A stretch of 64,000 bases of DNA, from assembly GCF_036566905.1 (NCBI RefSeq), contig NZ_DATCVK010000169.1, positions 120 through 64,119 on the forward strand, in the 5' to 3' direction. Under the pieces are notes generated by a model that did not search any database, was not told the origin of the DNA, and saw nothing but the letters and a program-made list of their open reading frames with translations. The position numbers and the translations under genes were made by a program. Origin of the DNA: Microbacterium sp. Its GTDB lineage: Bacteria; Actinomycetota; Actinomycetes; Actinomycetales; Microbacteriaceae. Shown here one piece after another: positions 1-10,198 of the stretch; positions within the stretch are counted from its first letter, which is position 1; each line of letters opens with the position of its first letter.

Positions 1-103
1 CGCCCTGGACGGCCGGCTCGACGCCCGCCGAGAACGCGTGCCCGCCCGAAGGCAGACGTGCGTCGGCGAGCAGCATGGTGACGGTGTGCGCGGCGGAGTC
101 CAT
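1..103 (-). CDS. ureF: Urease accessory protein UreF, 5' part (runs off the window edge)
   Basis: Manual translation from the ATG at 103 gives MDSAAHTVTMLLADARLPSGGHAFSAGVEPAVQG, matching the UreF N-terminal motif (LADxRxPxGGHAxSxGxE). Lies directly downstream of ureC. Confidence 0.85.
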   Translation of the reverse strand, partial: MDSAAHTVTMLLADARLPSGGHAFSAGVEPAVQG

Positions 104-113
104 GGAGCGCCCC

Positions 114-1811
114 TCAGAACATGTTGTACAGCTGGGCCAGCGGGAGGGATGCCGCGGGTGCCGGTTCGACGTCCTCGCCGTCGATCGCGATCTCGAACGT
201 GTCGGGACGGACGCGGATAGACGGCAGCAGGTCGTTGTTCTTCATGTCGGCCTTGCCGATGTGACGCGTGGGCTCGACCGCTGCGAGTCGGCGGCGCAGA
301 CCGAGCGTCTCGGCGAGGCCGTCCTGGAGAGCCGCAGGCGAGACGTAGGTGACCGACAGGTCGGCCCCGATCGTGTCGCCGAAGGACGGTCGCATCATGA
401 CGGGCTGGGGTGTCGGGATCGACGCGTTCGGGTCGCCGAGCGCGGCCCACGCGATCGCACCGCCCTTGACGACGACGGCCGGCCGGACGCCGAAGAACTT
501 CGGGTCCCACACCGTCAGGTCGGCGAGCTTGCCGACTTCGATCGATCCGACGTCGTACGCGATGCCGTGCGCGATCGCGGGGTTGATCGTGTACTTCGCC
601 ACATACCGCCGCGCGCGTTCGTTGTCCGCCGGCATCCCGCCGTCCAACGGACCGCGACGGTGCTTCATGACGTGCGCGACCTGCCAGGTGCGCGTGATCA
701 CTTCGCCGATGCGGCCCATGGCCTGCGCGTCGGACGAGGTCACCGACAGTGCTCCGATGTCGTGGAGGATGTCTTCCGCGGCGATCGTGGTGGCACGGAT
801 GCGGGACTCCGCGAACGCGAGATCCTCCGGCACCGCGGGGTTGAGGTGATGGCAGACCATCAGCATGTCGAGGTGCTCGGCGACGGTGTTCACCGTGTGC
901 GGGAGGGTCGGGTTCGTGGAACCGGGGATCACGTTGGGCAGCCCCGCGATCGAGAGGATGTCCGGCGCGTGACCGCCGCCGGCGCCCTCGACGTGGAAGG
1001 CGTGGATCGATCGGCCGCCCATCGCCGCGATGGTCGACTCGACGAAGCCCGCCTCGTTCAGCGAGTCGGAGTGCAGCGCGACCTGCAGACCCCACTCCTC
1101 GGCGGCGCGCAAGGATGCGTCGATCGCGGCGGGCGACGAGCCCCAGTCCTCGTGCACCTTGTAGCCCGCGGCGCCCGCGAGCGCCTGCTCCTTCAGCGCG
1201 GCCATCGAGACCGTATTGCCCTTGCCGAGGAGCAGGATGTTGACGGGGAGGGGATCGAGCGCGCGGTGCATGGCCGACAGATGCCACGCCCCCGGTGTGA
1301 CGGTCGTCGCCTTCGATCCTTCGGAGGGACCGGTGCCGCCGCCCACGATCGTGGTGATCCCGGTGGCGAGGGCCTCGTGGATCTGCGAGGGCGAGAGCAG
1401 GTGGACGTGCGAGTCGATGGCGCCGGCGGTGACGATGCGCCCTTCGCCCGAGATGACGTCGGTCGATGGCCCGATGACCATGTCGATGCCATCGCTGATG
1501 TCGGGATTGCCGGCATGTCCGATGCCGACGATGCGACCGTCACGGATGCCGATGTCGGCGCGGATGATGCCCCACCAGTCCAGGATGATCGCGTTCGTGA
1601 TGACGGTGTCCAGCGCGCCGTCGGCCCGCGTCGCGGTGGCCTGGGCCATGGATTCGCGGATGGACTTGCCGCCGCCGAAGACGGCCTCCTCGCCGCCCAC
1701 GGTCAGGTCGCGCTCGATCTGAATCCACAGATCGGTGTCGCCCAGGCGCACCTCGTCTCCGACCGTCGGGCCGTAGATCGCGGCGTACCGCGACCGATCA
1801 AGCCAGACCAT
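114..1811 (-). CDS. ureC: Urease subunit alpha
   Basis: Starts [26 protein letters not shown]. Ni-site motifs present: [47 protein letters not shown]. Confidence 0.98.
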   Translation of the reverse strand: MVWLDRSRYAAIYGPTVGDEVRLGDTDLWIQIERDLTVGGEEAVFGGGKSIRESMAQATATRADGALDTVITNAIILDWWGIIRADIGIRDGRIVGIGHAGNPDISDGIDMVIGPSTDVISGEGRIVTAGAIDSHVHLLSPSQIHEALATGITTIVGGGTGPSEGSKATTVTPGAWHLSAMHRALDPLPVNILLLGKGNTVSMAALKEQALAGAAGYKVHEDWGSSPAAIDASLRAAEEWGLQVALHSDSLNEAGFVESTIAAMGGRSIHAFHVEGAGGGHAPDILSIAGLPNVIPGSTNPTLPHTVNTVAEHLDMLMVCHHLNPAVPEDLAFAESRIRATTIAAEDILHDIGALSVTSSDAQAMGRIGEVITRTWQVAHVMKHRRGPLDGGMPADNERARRYVAKYTINPAIAHGIAYDVGSIEVGKLADLTVWDPKFFGVRPAVVVKGGAIAWAALGDPNASIPTPQPVMMRPSFGDTIGADLSVTYVSPAALQDGLAETLGLRRRLAAVEPTRHIGKADMKNNDLLPSIRVRPDTFEIAIDGEDVEPAPAASLPLAQLYNMF

Positions 1812-2148
1812 CGAGCAGCTCCTGTCCCTCGGTCTTGAGCTGGATGCCGGGAACCCGACGCGTTCCGCGCAGGGCGACGGCGTCGAGCTCTCGTGATGCA
1901 CCCGGCTCGAAACGCTGCGAGGTTCCGGATGCGATGTCGAGGCGGAATCCGTGTGCGAGGGCGCGGTCGAACTCCAGTGCCGCATTCACATCGGGGAGGT
2001 GGATGTGCGAACCGATCTGAATCGGCCGGTCGCCGGTGTTGACGAACACGAGCCGGATGCGCTCTGCCTCGCTCCGATCGGCATTGAGCTCGATGCGGCC
2101 GGGTCGGATTCGGTAGGCGCCGGGGCCCTGTGAGGTAGCGGATGCCAC
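1798..2148 (-). CDS. ureB: Urease subunit beta
   Basis: [14 protein letters not shown]...[15 protein letters not shown] motif; lies between ureA and ureC. Confidence 0.96.
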   Translation of the reverse strand: MASATSQGPGAYRIRPGRIELNADRSEAERIRLVFVNTGDRPIQIGSHIHLPDVNAALEFDRALAHGFRLDIASGTSQRFEPGASRELDAVALRGTRRVPGIQLKTEGQELLDGLA

Positions 2149-2157
2149 AGCGACTCC

Positions 2158-2460
2158 TCAGTCGATCGGATGGTGGACGGTGACGAGCTTGCGACCATCC
2201 GGGAAGGTCGCCTCGACCTGCACGTCGACGAGCATCTCGGGAACGCCCGGCATCACCTGGTGACGAGTGAGGACGGTGCGGCCCTCCTGCATCAGCTCGG
2301 CGACGCCGCGGCCTTCTCTGGCCCGTTCGATCACCCAGCAGGACAGCAGAGCGACCGTCTCGGGGTGGTTGAGCAGGATGCCGCGCGCGAGCCGATCGCG
2401 CGCGACCATCCCTGCGACCGACAGCAGGAGCTTCTCGGTCTCGGCGGGTGTGAAGTGCAT
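2158..2460 (-). CDS. ureA: Urease subunit gamma
   Basis: [12 protein letters not shown]...LNHPE...[20 protein letters not shown], 100 aa. Confidence 0.97.
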   Translation of the reverse strand: MHFTPAETEKLLLSVAGMVARDRLARGILLNHPETVALLSCWVIERAREGRGVAELMQEGRTVLTRHQVMPGVPEMLVDVQVEATFPDGRKLVTVHHPID

Positions 2461-2618
2461 TCGGGCCTCCGGCGGGTGATGTCAGAAGTGTGCCATATCG
2501 CCTGTATTCACCAGAGGCTACCCAGAGCCGTCAGTTCGACATTCGGTCGGGGTTTCCCGGAATTACGGGCTTTCGCAGTCGAATCACGCTGCACGATTAA
2601 CAGAACCGGAACAATCGA

Positions 2619-2638
2619 GAAATGTCAGAGTAATGTCA
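2619..2638. promoter_or_regulatory. Possible GlnR-type nitrogen-control box in the ure/urt divergent intergenic region
   Basis: GAAAT-gtcaga-GTAAT (two pentamers 6 nt apart; AATGTCA repeated with an 11-bp period) resembles the actinobacterial GlnR a/b-box spacing, in a nitrogen-assimilation context. Confidence 0.35.
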
Positions 2639-2926
2639 CGCACCCATGCTGGCAATTACCGCAGCAGTCGGCGATCACCTTCCGCCGATCTGAACCGGCA
2701 CGCGAAGCCCGGCACCAGCAGGCATCGAGACGCACCGCACCACCGGCCCACCCCTGCACCACACCGCTGACTCACCGCTCAGCCCGTTCCGTCACGCCCT
2801 CGACACGCCTCCCGTTCGGCGTTCCTGAGGATCGTGCCGGTGCGACGGCGTCATCCGGCGTGCCCGCAGGTCGGGCCACCCCCACCCGAGAACGCATCAC
2901 CTGCATCACACAGAAACGGAGTTCCC

Positions 2927-4234
2927 ATGACAACGAACAGGACACGGCGGGCGCGCAGCCTGCTGGCTGTTCCCGCCCTCGCGGCGACGGTCGCCCTCGT
3001 TCTCGCCGGTTGCGGTTCCCGCGCCGGCGATGCCCCGGCGGCGGCCGAATCGGATGCCGCGGCACCGGCGAGCTGCATCGACACGTCCGGCGACACGATC
3101 AAGCTGGGCTTCCTCAATTCGCTCACCGGCGGCATGGCGATCTCCGAGCAGACCGTCTCCAACGTCCTGCATATGGCCGCGGACGAGATCAACGCCGACG
3201 GCGGCATCCTCGGCAAGCAGATCGAGTACATCCAGGAAGACGGTGCCACCGATTGGCCGACCTTCGCGGAGAAGACCGAGAAGCTGCTCACCCAGGACTG
3301 CGTCGCCGCGATCTTCGGGGGCTGGACCTCGTCCTCCCGCAAGGCCGTCAAGCCGGTCGTCGAGGAGAACAACGGATTGTTCTTCTACCCGGTGCAGTAC
3401 GAAGGCCTGGAGTCGTCGCCGAACATCTACTACACCGGCGCGACCACCAACCAGCAGATCATCCCCGCGATGGACTACCTCGCCGCGCAGGGTGTGAAGA
3501 CGCTGTTCCTGGCAGGCTCCGACTACGTGTTCCCGCGCACCGCGAACGCGATCATCAAGCTCTACGCCGAAGAACTCGGCATCGAGATCGTCGGTGAGGA
3601 ATACGTGCCCCTGGACAAGGACGACTGGACCACCCAGGTGTCCAAGATCGTCGCGGCCGACCCGGACTTCGTCTTCAACACCATCAACGGCTCGTCGAAC
3701 GTCGGCTTCATCAAGGCCTACTACGACGCCGGTCTCACCCCGGAGACGACCCCGATCATCTCGGTGTCCATCGCCGAGGAGGAGGCGCCGGCCATGGGTC
3801 ACGAAGTCACCGGCAACTATGCGTCGTGGAACTACTTCCAGTCGATGGACACTCCCAACAACCCGGCCTTCATCGAGCGCTGGCAGGCCTACCCCGGCAG
3901 CAGCGGGGTGACCTCCGACCCCATGGAGGCGGCGTACATCTCGCTCTACCTCTACAAAGCCCTGGTCGAAGCGGCAGGTTCCTTCGAGGTCGACGACGTG
4001 AATGCCGCCGCCGCGGCAGGCGGGATCACCGTCGACGCGCCGGAGGGTGTCGTCACGCTGGACGGCGAGAACCACCACATCTCCAAGCCGGGCAACATCG
4101 GCAGGATCAACGCCGAGAACCAGTTCGACATCGTCTGGTCCTCCGACGGCTTCATCGAGCCCGACCCGTACCTCGAGGGCTACGACTGGTTCCCCGCTGA
4201 CGTCCGCGATGCTCTGGTAGCCGCCGCGGGCTGA
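2927..4234 (+). CDS. urtA: Urea ABC transporter substrate-binding lipoprotein
   Basis: Lipobox LAGC; GFLNSLTGGMAISE, FGGWTSSSRKAVKPVVE, FYPVQYEGLE, GSDYVFPRTAN. Confidence 0.95.
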   Translation: MTTNRTRRARSLLAVPALAATVALVLAGCGSRAGDAPAAAESDAAAPASCIDTSGDTIKLGFLNSLTGGMAISEQTVSNVLHMAADEINADGGILGKQIEYIQEDGATDWPTFAEKTEKLLTQDCVAAIFGGWTSSSRKAVKPVVEENNGLFFYPVQYEGLESSPNIYYTGATTNQQIIPAMDYLAAQGVKTLFLAGSDYVFPRTANAIIKLYAEELGIEIVGEEYVPLDKDDWTTQVSKIVAADPDFVFNTINGSSNVGFIKAYYDAGLTPETTPIISVSIAEEEAPAMGHEVTGNYASWNYFQSMDTPNNPAFIERWQAYPGSSGVTSDPMEAAYISLYLYKALVEAAGSFEVDDVNAAAAAGGITVDAPEGVVTLDGENHHISKPGNIGRINAENQFDIVWSSDGFIEPDPYLEGYDWFPADVRDALVAAAG

Positions 4235-4252
4235 TCTCCCCGGATGTGGGGT

Positions 4253-4274
4253 CCCGTGTCCGCCCGGACACGGG
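4253..4274 (+). terminator. Intercistronic hairpin after urtA
   Basis: CCCGTGTCCG-cc-CGGACACGGG perfect 10-bp inverted repeat, typical of an mRNA-stabilising or attenuating hairpin after a binding-protein gene. Confidence 0.55.
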
Positions 4275-4327
4275 CCCCCGCTCCATCACCGCTTCAGGAC
4301 TCCCGACCGCACAGAGAGCGAAAGCAC

Positions 4328-5212
4328 GTGGATGCACTCTTACCGCCCCTGCTGAACGGCACCGCGCTGGGTGCGCTGCTGCTGCTCGCAGCGCTCGGGC
4401 TCACCCTCACCTTCGGGCAGATGGGGGTGATCAACATGGCGCACGGCGAGTTCATCATGGCCGGCGCCTTCATCGCCTACATGACCCAGCTGGTGGTCAC
4501 CTCGAGCAACATCTCCGTCCTGCTCGCGCTCCCGCTCGCCTTCATCGGCGCGGGCCTGCTCGGCCTTCTTCTCGAGGTCGGCATCATCCAGTGGATGTAC
4601 CGACGGCCGCTCGACACCCTTCTGGTCACGGTCGGGGTGGCTTTGATCCTGCAGCAGATCGCGTTGCAGATCTTCCCCGCACAGGGCGTCCCCGTGGAGG
4701 CTCCCGGGTGGCTCGATGGGCAGATCGACGTCTTCGGCTATGCATGGCCGCTTCGGCAGGTCTTCACCATCGTGCTCGCCGTCGTGTGCCTGGTCGCGCT
4801 GGCCGCATGGCTCAAGTACTCGTCCTTCGGACGGCGGATCAGAGCGACCGTCCAGAACCGCGACCTCGCCGAGACCAGCGGCATCCGCACCCGCAACATC
4901 GACCGCATCACCTTCTTCGTGGGTTCAGGCCTGGCCGGTGTCGCCGGAGTCGCCGCGTCCCTGATCGGCGGCACGAATTCTCAGATGGGCACGCAGTACA
5001 TCATTCCCGCGTTCCTCGTCGTGGTCGCCGGCGGCGTCGGCCAGATCAAGGGCACGGTGATCGCCGCGTGGGCTCTGGGCATCGCGCTGTCGTTCTTCGC
5101 CGACTGGACGACGGGAAGCATGGCCCAAGTGCTCGCCTTCGTGCTGCTCGTCGTGTTCCTGCAATTCCGCCCACAGGGCCTGTTCACGGTCCGCACCCGG
5201 GGGTTGACATGA
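4328..5212 (+). CDS. urtB: Urea ABC transporter permease
   Basis: GTG start; LTLTFGQMGVINMAHGEFIMAGA, FLQFRPQGLF; hydrophobic. Confidence 0.93.
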   Translation: MDALLPPLLNGTALGALLLLAALGLTLTFGQMGVINMAHGEFIMAGAFIAYMTQLVVTSSNISVLLALPLAFIGAGLLGLLLEVGIIQWMYRRPLDTLLVTVGVALILQQIALQIFPAQGVPVEAPGWLDGQIDVFGYAWPLRQVFTIVLAVVCLVALAAWLKYSSFGRRIRATVQNRDLAETSGIRTRNIDRITFFVGSGLAGVAGVAASLIGGTNSQMGTQYIIPAFLVVVAGGVGQIKGTVIAAWALGIALSFFADWTTGSMAQVLAFVLLVVFLQFRPQGLFTVRTRGLT

Positions 5213-6324
5213 CCAAACTCAAGCCGTGGCTTCCGCTGATCGGCATCGCGGTGTTCGCCGTGCTGCTCCTGGTCGTCGCCCCAGCCGTACTGTCCATGCA
5301 CTGGATCAACAACCTCGGCAAGTACTGCTGCTGGGCGATCGCCGCGGTGGGGATCGGCCTCGCCTGGGGTCGCGGAGGAATGCTTGTCCTCGGCCAGGGC
5401 GTCTTCTTCGGGCTCGGTGCCTACGCCATGGCGATGCACCTCACGCTGGAGAGCACAGCGCCCGGCAGCCTTCCTGTCTTCATGATCCTGTACGACCCGT
5501 CGGCGTCACTTCCGCCCTTCTGGGAGCCGTTCCGCAGTGACGCGTTCACGCTGGCGGCCATCCTGCTGCTGCCGGTGATCGTGGCAGGGGTGCTCGGCTA
5601 CGCCCTGTTCAAGCGCAGAATCAAGGGGGCGTACTTCGCGATCCTCTCCCAGGCGCTCGCCGTGGCCCTCGCCGTCCTGATCAGCTCGACGATCCGCGAG
5701 ACCGGTGGCGACACCGGGCTCAGCGACTTCAAGTACTTCTTCGGGTACGTCTTGAACGACGACGCGAACAAGGTCATGGTCTTCATGATCGCCGCCTCGC
5801 TGCTCATCCTGTGCCTGCTCGCGGTGTGGCAGCTCAACCGCAGCCGCTTCGGCGAACTGCTGATCGCCACGCGCGACGCCGAAGAGCGCGTGCGGTTCCT
5901 CGGCTACGACCCCGCCAATATCAAGCTCGTCGCCTACGTGGTCGCCGCCGTGATGGCCAGCATCGCCGGAGCATTGTTCGTCCCCATCGTCGGCATCATC
6001 ACGCCGGCCGAGATCGGCGCCTCCGCCTCGATACTCATGATCGCGGGCGTGGCGTTGGGCGGCCGCGCCTCGCTCTTCGGACCAGCTCTCGGGGCGATGG
6101 CGATCGGATGGGGACAATCGAGTCTCGGTTCCAGCTGGCCCGATGGGTGGATCTACATCCTGGGCCTGGTCTTCATCCTGGTGACGCTCTTCCTGCCGAT
6201 GGGGCTTTCCTCGCTGTTCGGAAAGGCGAAGGGTCTGGTGTGGCGCCCGCGCGAAACACCCCCCGCCTCGCTCGCCGATCCCGCACCCGTGCTCGAGCCT
6301 GTCGCTGAAGAGGTGACCAAGTGA
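5209..6324 (+). CDS. urtC: Urea ABC transporter permease
   Basis: ATGA overlap with urtB; AWGRGGMLVLGQGVFFGLGAY, RIKGAYFAILSQAL, RDAEERVRFLGYDP. Confidence 0.93.
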   Translation: MTKLKPWLPLIGIAVFAVLLLVVAPAVLSMHWINNLGKYCCWAIAAVGIGLAWGRGGMLVLGQGVFFGLGAYAMAMHLTLESTAPGSLPVFMILYDPSASLPPFWEPFRSDAFTLAAILLLPVIVAGVLGYALFKRRIKGAYFAILSQALAVALAVLISSTIRETGGDTGLSDFKYFFGYVLNDDANKVMVFMIAASLLILCLLAVWQLNRSRFGELLIATRDAEERVRFLGYDPANIKLVAYVVAAVMASIAGALFVPIVGIITPAEIGASASILMIAGVALGGRASLFGPALGAMAIGWGQSSLGSSWPDGWIYILGLVFILVTLFLPMGLSSLFGKAKGLVWRPRETPPASLADPAPVLEPVAEEVTK

Positions 6325-7142
6325 CCGCCGCCGAGGGTTCGCTCGTCGTCACCGACCTGCGGGTCGAGTTCGATGGATTCGTCGCCGTCGGCGGCGTCTC
6401 CTTCGACGCCCATCCGGGCGAGGTCCGCTTTCTCATCGGTCCGAACGGCGCCGGCAAGACCACCTGCATCGACGCCATCACCGGTCTGTCCAAGGGCACG
6501 GGATCGGTCACGCTCGCAGGCCAGGAGCTCCTGGGCAAGTCCACCCAGAAGATCGTGCGGCTCGGAGTGGGCCGCACCTTCCAGACCGCGAGCGTGTTCG
6601 AGCAGCTCTCCGTGCTGCAGAACCTCGACATCGCGGCGGGGCTTCACCGCTCTTCGCTCTCGCTGCTGCGGGCCCGCCGCGGCGTCGATCCGGCGATCGA
6701 GTCGGCGCTGGAGGAGACGGGCCTCAGCGATGAGCGCGAGACTCCCGCCGGCATCCTGTCCCACGGCCAGAAGCAGTGGCTGGAGATCGGCATGATGCTC
6801 GTGCAGGAGCCCCGCGCGCTGCTGCTCGACGAGCCCGTCGCCGGAATGAGCCAGGACGAGCGGACCGCCACGGGAGAGCTGCTGCAGCGAATCGCCCAGC
6901 GCCGCATCGTGCTCGTCGTCGAACACGACATGGACTTCATGCGCCGCTACGCGTCCCGCGTCACCGTGCTGCATCAGGGAAAGGTCCTCTCGGAGGGGGC
7001 CGTCGCCCAGGTGCAGGCCGACCCCAGGGTGCAGGAGGTCTACCTCGGCACCGCCGGGGCCGCGACCACCGGGGCGATGTTCGTGGTGCCCGCCGGGACG
7101 ACACAGGCGACGGATGCCGCAATGCAGGAAGAGGGAGCCTGA
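6321..7142 (+). CDS. urtD: Urea ABC transporter ATP-binding protein
   Basis: Walker A GPNGAGKT, LSHGQKQWLEIGM, LLLDEPVAGM. Confidence 0.93.
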   Translation: MTAAEGSLVVTDLRVEFDGFVAVGGVSFDAHPGEVRFLIGPNGAGKTTCIDAITGLSKGTGSVTLAGQELLGKSTQKIVRLGVGRTFQTASVFEQLSVLQNLDIAAGLHRSSLSLLRARRGVDPAIESALEETGLSDERETPAGILSHGQKQWLEIGMMLVQEPRALLLDEPVAGMSQDERTATGELLQRIAQRRIVLVVEHDMDFMRRYASRVTVLHQGKVLSEGAVAQVQADPRVQEVYLGTAGAATTGAMFVVPAGTTQATDAAMQEEGA

Positions 7143-7143
7143 C

Positions 7144-7827
7144 GTGCTCGAGCTGAACGAAATCCAGGCAGGGTACGGCCCGACGCTCGTGCTGCACGGC
7201 GTGACGTTGCCGGCCGCCAAGGTGGTCGCCGTCCTCGGCCACAACGGCGCCGGCAAGTCGACTCTGCTGCGCGTCGCCATCGGACTCATCAAGCCGCGCA
7301 GCGGCCAGGTCATCTTCGACGGAGACGACGTCACGTCGCTGCCACCCAACAAGCGCGTCGCACGTGGCATGGCGTATGTGCCCCAGGGCCAGCAGTCGTT
7401 CGCGCAGCTCACGACGATGGAGAACCTGCAGCTCGTCGCCGACGGTCGCAAGCGCGGCAAGGCGCTCATCGAGCAGCAGCTGTCGCGGTTCCCCGCGCTG
7501 GAGAAGTTCGCGAGCCGCAAGGCCGGCCTGCTCTCGGGCGGTCAGCGTCAGCAGCTGGCGATCGCTCGGGCGCTCATCACCGAGCCGAAGCTGCTCATCC
7601 TCGACGAGCCGACCGAAGGCATCCAGCCCACGATCGTCGCCGAGATCGAGCACACCGTGATGCAGCTGGCGAGCGAGGGGCTCTCCGTCCTGCTCGTCGA
7701 GCAGCACATCGGCTTCGCGCTGGAGGCCGCGGACAAATACCTCGTGCTCGCGAGCGGCTTCGTCTCGAGCGTGGGCGACGGAGGAGCGTCCGCGGCCGAA
7801 GGAGTGCGGGCGGCAATGGCGATCTAG
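7144..7827 (+). CDS. urtE: Urea ABC transporter ATP-binding protein
   Basis: GHNGAGKS, YVPQG, LSGGQRQQLAIARAL, LDEPTEGIQP. Confidence 0.92.
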   Translation: MLELNEIQAGYGPTLVLHGVTLPAAKVVAVLGHNGAGKSTLLRVAIGLIKPRSGQVIFDGDDVTSLPPNKRVARGMAYVPQGQQSFAQLTTMENLQLVADGRKRGKALIEQQLSRFPALEKFASRKAGLLSGGQRQQLAIARALITEPKLLILDEPTEGIQPTIVAEIEHTVMQLASEGLSVLLVEQHIGFALEAADKYLVLASGFVSSVGDGGASAAEGVRAAMAI

Positions 7828-7901
7828 CGCTGTCTCTTCGCAATGCGGCTGTAACACGCGGGGCGCACAATGAGCCTGACGCGAGCCGCAGGGAGTCCGA
7901 C

Positions 7902-9608
7902 GTGGGCAGGGCAGACAACGCGCGGGCAGCCGCCGAGGACAGCCTCGAAGACTATGCCTTCCGTTACGTCCCCCGATCGTTCCGGCGCTGGAGCGCCGGT
8001 TCCATCGGGGTCACCGCGCTGGGCTCCATCGCCTTCCTCGCCGACTTCTCCATCGGGGCCAGCGGCGGCATCGAGCACGGTACCAACAACGCCGTGCTCG
8101 GCATCCTGTTCGCATCGATCACGATCTTCATCGTCGGCCTGCCCATCGCCTACTACGCCGCTCGCTACAACCTCGATCTGGATCTGATCGCGCGCGGGTC
8201 GGGGTTCGGCTACTACGGCTCGTCGATCACGACCGTCATCTTCGCGGTGTTCACGTGCATCTTCTTCGCCCTCGAGGGGGCGATCATGGCGCAGGGGCTC
8301 CACATCGCGATCGCCATCCCGCTTCCCATCGGCTACCTCGTCTCCACGGTGGTGGTGATCCCGATCGTGATCTACGGAATGCGCGCCCTCGAACGGCTGC
8401 AGTTCTGGACCACACCGCTGTGGCTCGCGCTCGCGCTCCTGCCGCTGCTCTGGGTGATCGTGTCCGACCCCGACGCCGTGAGCGCGTTCGTCTCGTTCCC
8501 GGGCGAGTCCGATGGGGAGGTCAGCTTCCAGGCGATCGTCGCGACTGCCGCCGTCTGCTTCGCTCTGACGCCGCAGCTTGCCGAGCAGATCGACGTCCTC
8601 CGGGCGATGCCGCCGCGCACGCGCATGAATCGGCGGGCATGGTGGGGTTCGCTGCTGTTCGCGGGACCCGGCTGGGTGCTCTTCAGCGGCATCAAGCAGG
8701 TGATCGGCGTGTTCCTCGCGGTGTACCTCATCACGCGTGTCGATGCGGAGCTCGGCCAGCAGGCCGCCGAACCCGTTCGGCAGTTCATCGCCCTCTACGA
8801 ATCGATCATGCCGGAGTGGCTGGTGATCGGGCTGGCGCTCGTTCTCGTCGTCGTCGCGCAGGTGAAGATCAACGTCACGAACGCGTACTCCGGGTCACTC
8901 GCATGGTCCAACGTGTACACCCGCCTCACCAAGACCTACCCGGGAAGATCCGTCTTCATCTTCTTCAATCTCGCGATCGCGCTCGCGCTGATGTGGATGG
9001 ACGTCTTCAGCCTGATCAGCTTCGTACTCAGCCTCTACGCCAATGTCGTGATGGCATGGCTGGTCACGATCGCCGCCGACATCGCGATCAACAAGCACCT
9101 GCTTCACATCTCGCCGTTGTTCCCCGAATTCCGCCGCGGGATGCTGCGCGATTGGAACCCGGTCGGCCTCGTGTCGGTGGGTTTGGCGTCGCTGCTGTCG
9201 CTCTCGGCATTCGCGGGTGTGTTCGGTGAGGATCTGCGGCCCCTCTCGGTGCTGGTCGCGATCGGCGTGGCTGTGATCACAACCCCGCTCATGGCGCTGC
9301 TGACTCGCGGCAGGTACTACCTGCGCCGCCAGACCGATGGCATCGCGTCACCGATTCTCGATGTCGATGGCAACCCGTCCGGTGAGCGGCTTCGCTGCCA
9401 CGTCACCGGCTACACATTCGAGCGGCCGGATATGCTGGCATCGGCGGAGCGGGGGACATACGGCGAGACCCAGTACGTGTCGTCGCTCGCACTCACGCTG
9501 GACGATTCGGATCGCTATGTCCTGCCCGCCGACCCGGCGTCACGGCAGAACAGCTCGCGTGGACGGACCGCCGAACGGGCAGATCGGCAGAAGGGACGAG
9601 GCGGATGA
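7902..9608 (+). CDS. Purine-cytosine permease (NCS1)-like membrane protein
   Basis: LEDYAFRYVPRSFRRWS N-terminus, DLDLIARGSGFGYYGS, QVKINVTNAYSGSLAWSN; about 13 hydrophobic segments. Confidence 0.8.
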   Translation: MGRADNARAAAEDSLEDYAFRYVPRSFRRWSAGSIGVTALGSIAFLADFSIGASGGIEHGTNNAVLGILFASITIFIVGLPIAYYAARYNLDLDLIARGSGFGYYGSSITTVIFAVFTCIFFALEGAIMAQGLHIAIAIPLPIGYLVSTVVVIPIVIYGMRALERLQFWTTPLWLALALLPLLWVIVSDPDAVSAFVSFPGESDGEVSFQAIVATAAVCFALTPQLAEQIDVLRAMPPRTRMNRRAWWGSLLFAGPGWVLFSGIKQVIGVFLAVYLITRVDAELGQQAAEPVRQFIALYESIMPEWLVIGLALVLVVVAQVKINVTNAYSGSLAWSNVYTRLTKTYPGRSVFIFFNLAIALALMWMDVFSLISFVLSLYANVVMAWLVTIAADIAINKHLLHISPLFPEFRRGMLRDWNPVGLVSVGLASLLSLSAFAGVFGEDLRPLSVLVAIGVAVITTPLMALLTRGRYYLRRQTDGIASPILDVDGNPSGERLRCHVTGYTFERPDMLASAERGTYGETQYVSSLALTLDDSDRYVLPADPASRQNSSRGRTAERADRQKGRGG

Positions 9609-10198
9609 TGGCGGAGGGTGTCGACACTCCGACCGCGATCCTCGCCAACGCCGCCGCGGCTCTGCGCGAGCACCCGTTCGACGACATCTCGTACCGCACA
9701 CTCGGCGACGCGGTCGGCGTGTCGGAGCGGACGGTCTACCGTCACTTCCCGACGAGATCGCATCTTCTCGAGGGCGTCGCGGGGTGGATCGAGTCCACCG
9801 AATTCCCGTTGCCGCCTTTCGTCACGATCCCTCAATTCCAGGATGCCTCCCGCGCCAGGTTCCACGCCTTCGATGCGTCGCCGGCGTTCGCTTTCGTGTG
9901 TGCGCGGGCGGCAACGATCTCGCCGACCGGCGAGGCGGAGCCGACCTTCTTCACCAGAGCTCTGGTGGCCATGCTCGCGACGAATCACCCTTCTCTGAAC
10001 GAGCGGGATCTGCAGCGCGCGGCAGCCGCGCTGCGGTATTTCGCGTCGCCCCAGTTCTGGGCCCGTATGCGCACGGGCTTCGATATGAGCGCGTCGCAGA
10101 TCACGGACGTCTTCGATCGCACCGTCGCCGAGGTCCTGGGGGACCTAGTGATCCTGCGGGAGTCCGAATCGGGCGTCTCGCGACGGGACGGCGGATGA
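9605..10198 (+). CDS. TetR/AcrR family transcriptional regulator
   Basis: HTH ISYRTLGDAVGVSERTVYRHFPTR; translationally coupled to the permease (ATGA). Confidence 0.85.
   Translation: MMAEGVDTPTAILANAAAALREHPFDDISYRTLGDAVGVSERTVYRHFPTRSHLLEGVAGWIESTEFPLPPFVTIPQFQDASRARFHAFDASPAFAFVCARAATISPTGEAEPTFFTRALVAMLATNHPSLNERDLQRAAAALRYFASPQFWARMRTGFDMSASQITDVFDRTVAEVLGDLVILRESESGVSRRDGG

Noticed and set aside
75-1838. 587-aa plus-strand ORF and many other long antisense or alternate-frame ORFs (e.g. 39375-43865, 25551-27296, 52310-54436, 61476-63299)
   Set aside because: Shadow ORFs of real genes in high-GC DNA; Arg/Gly/Pro-rich with no family motifs.
1-2460. Absence of ureE between ureC and ureF as a novelty
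   Set aside because: ureABC-FGD without ureE is common in Actinobacteria, and the rest of the operon lies outside the window.
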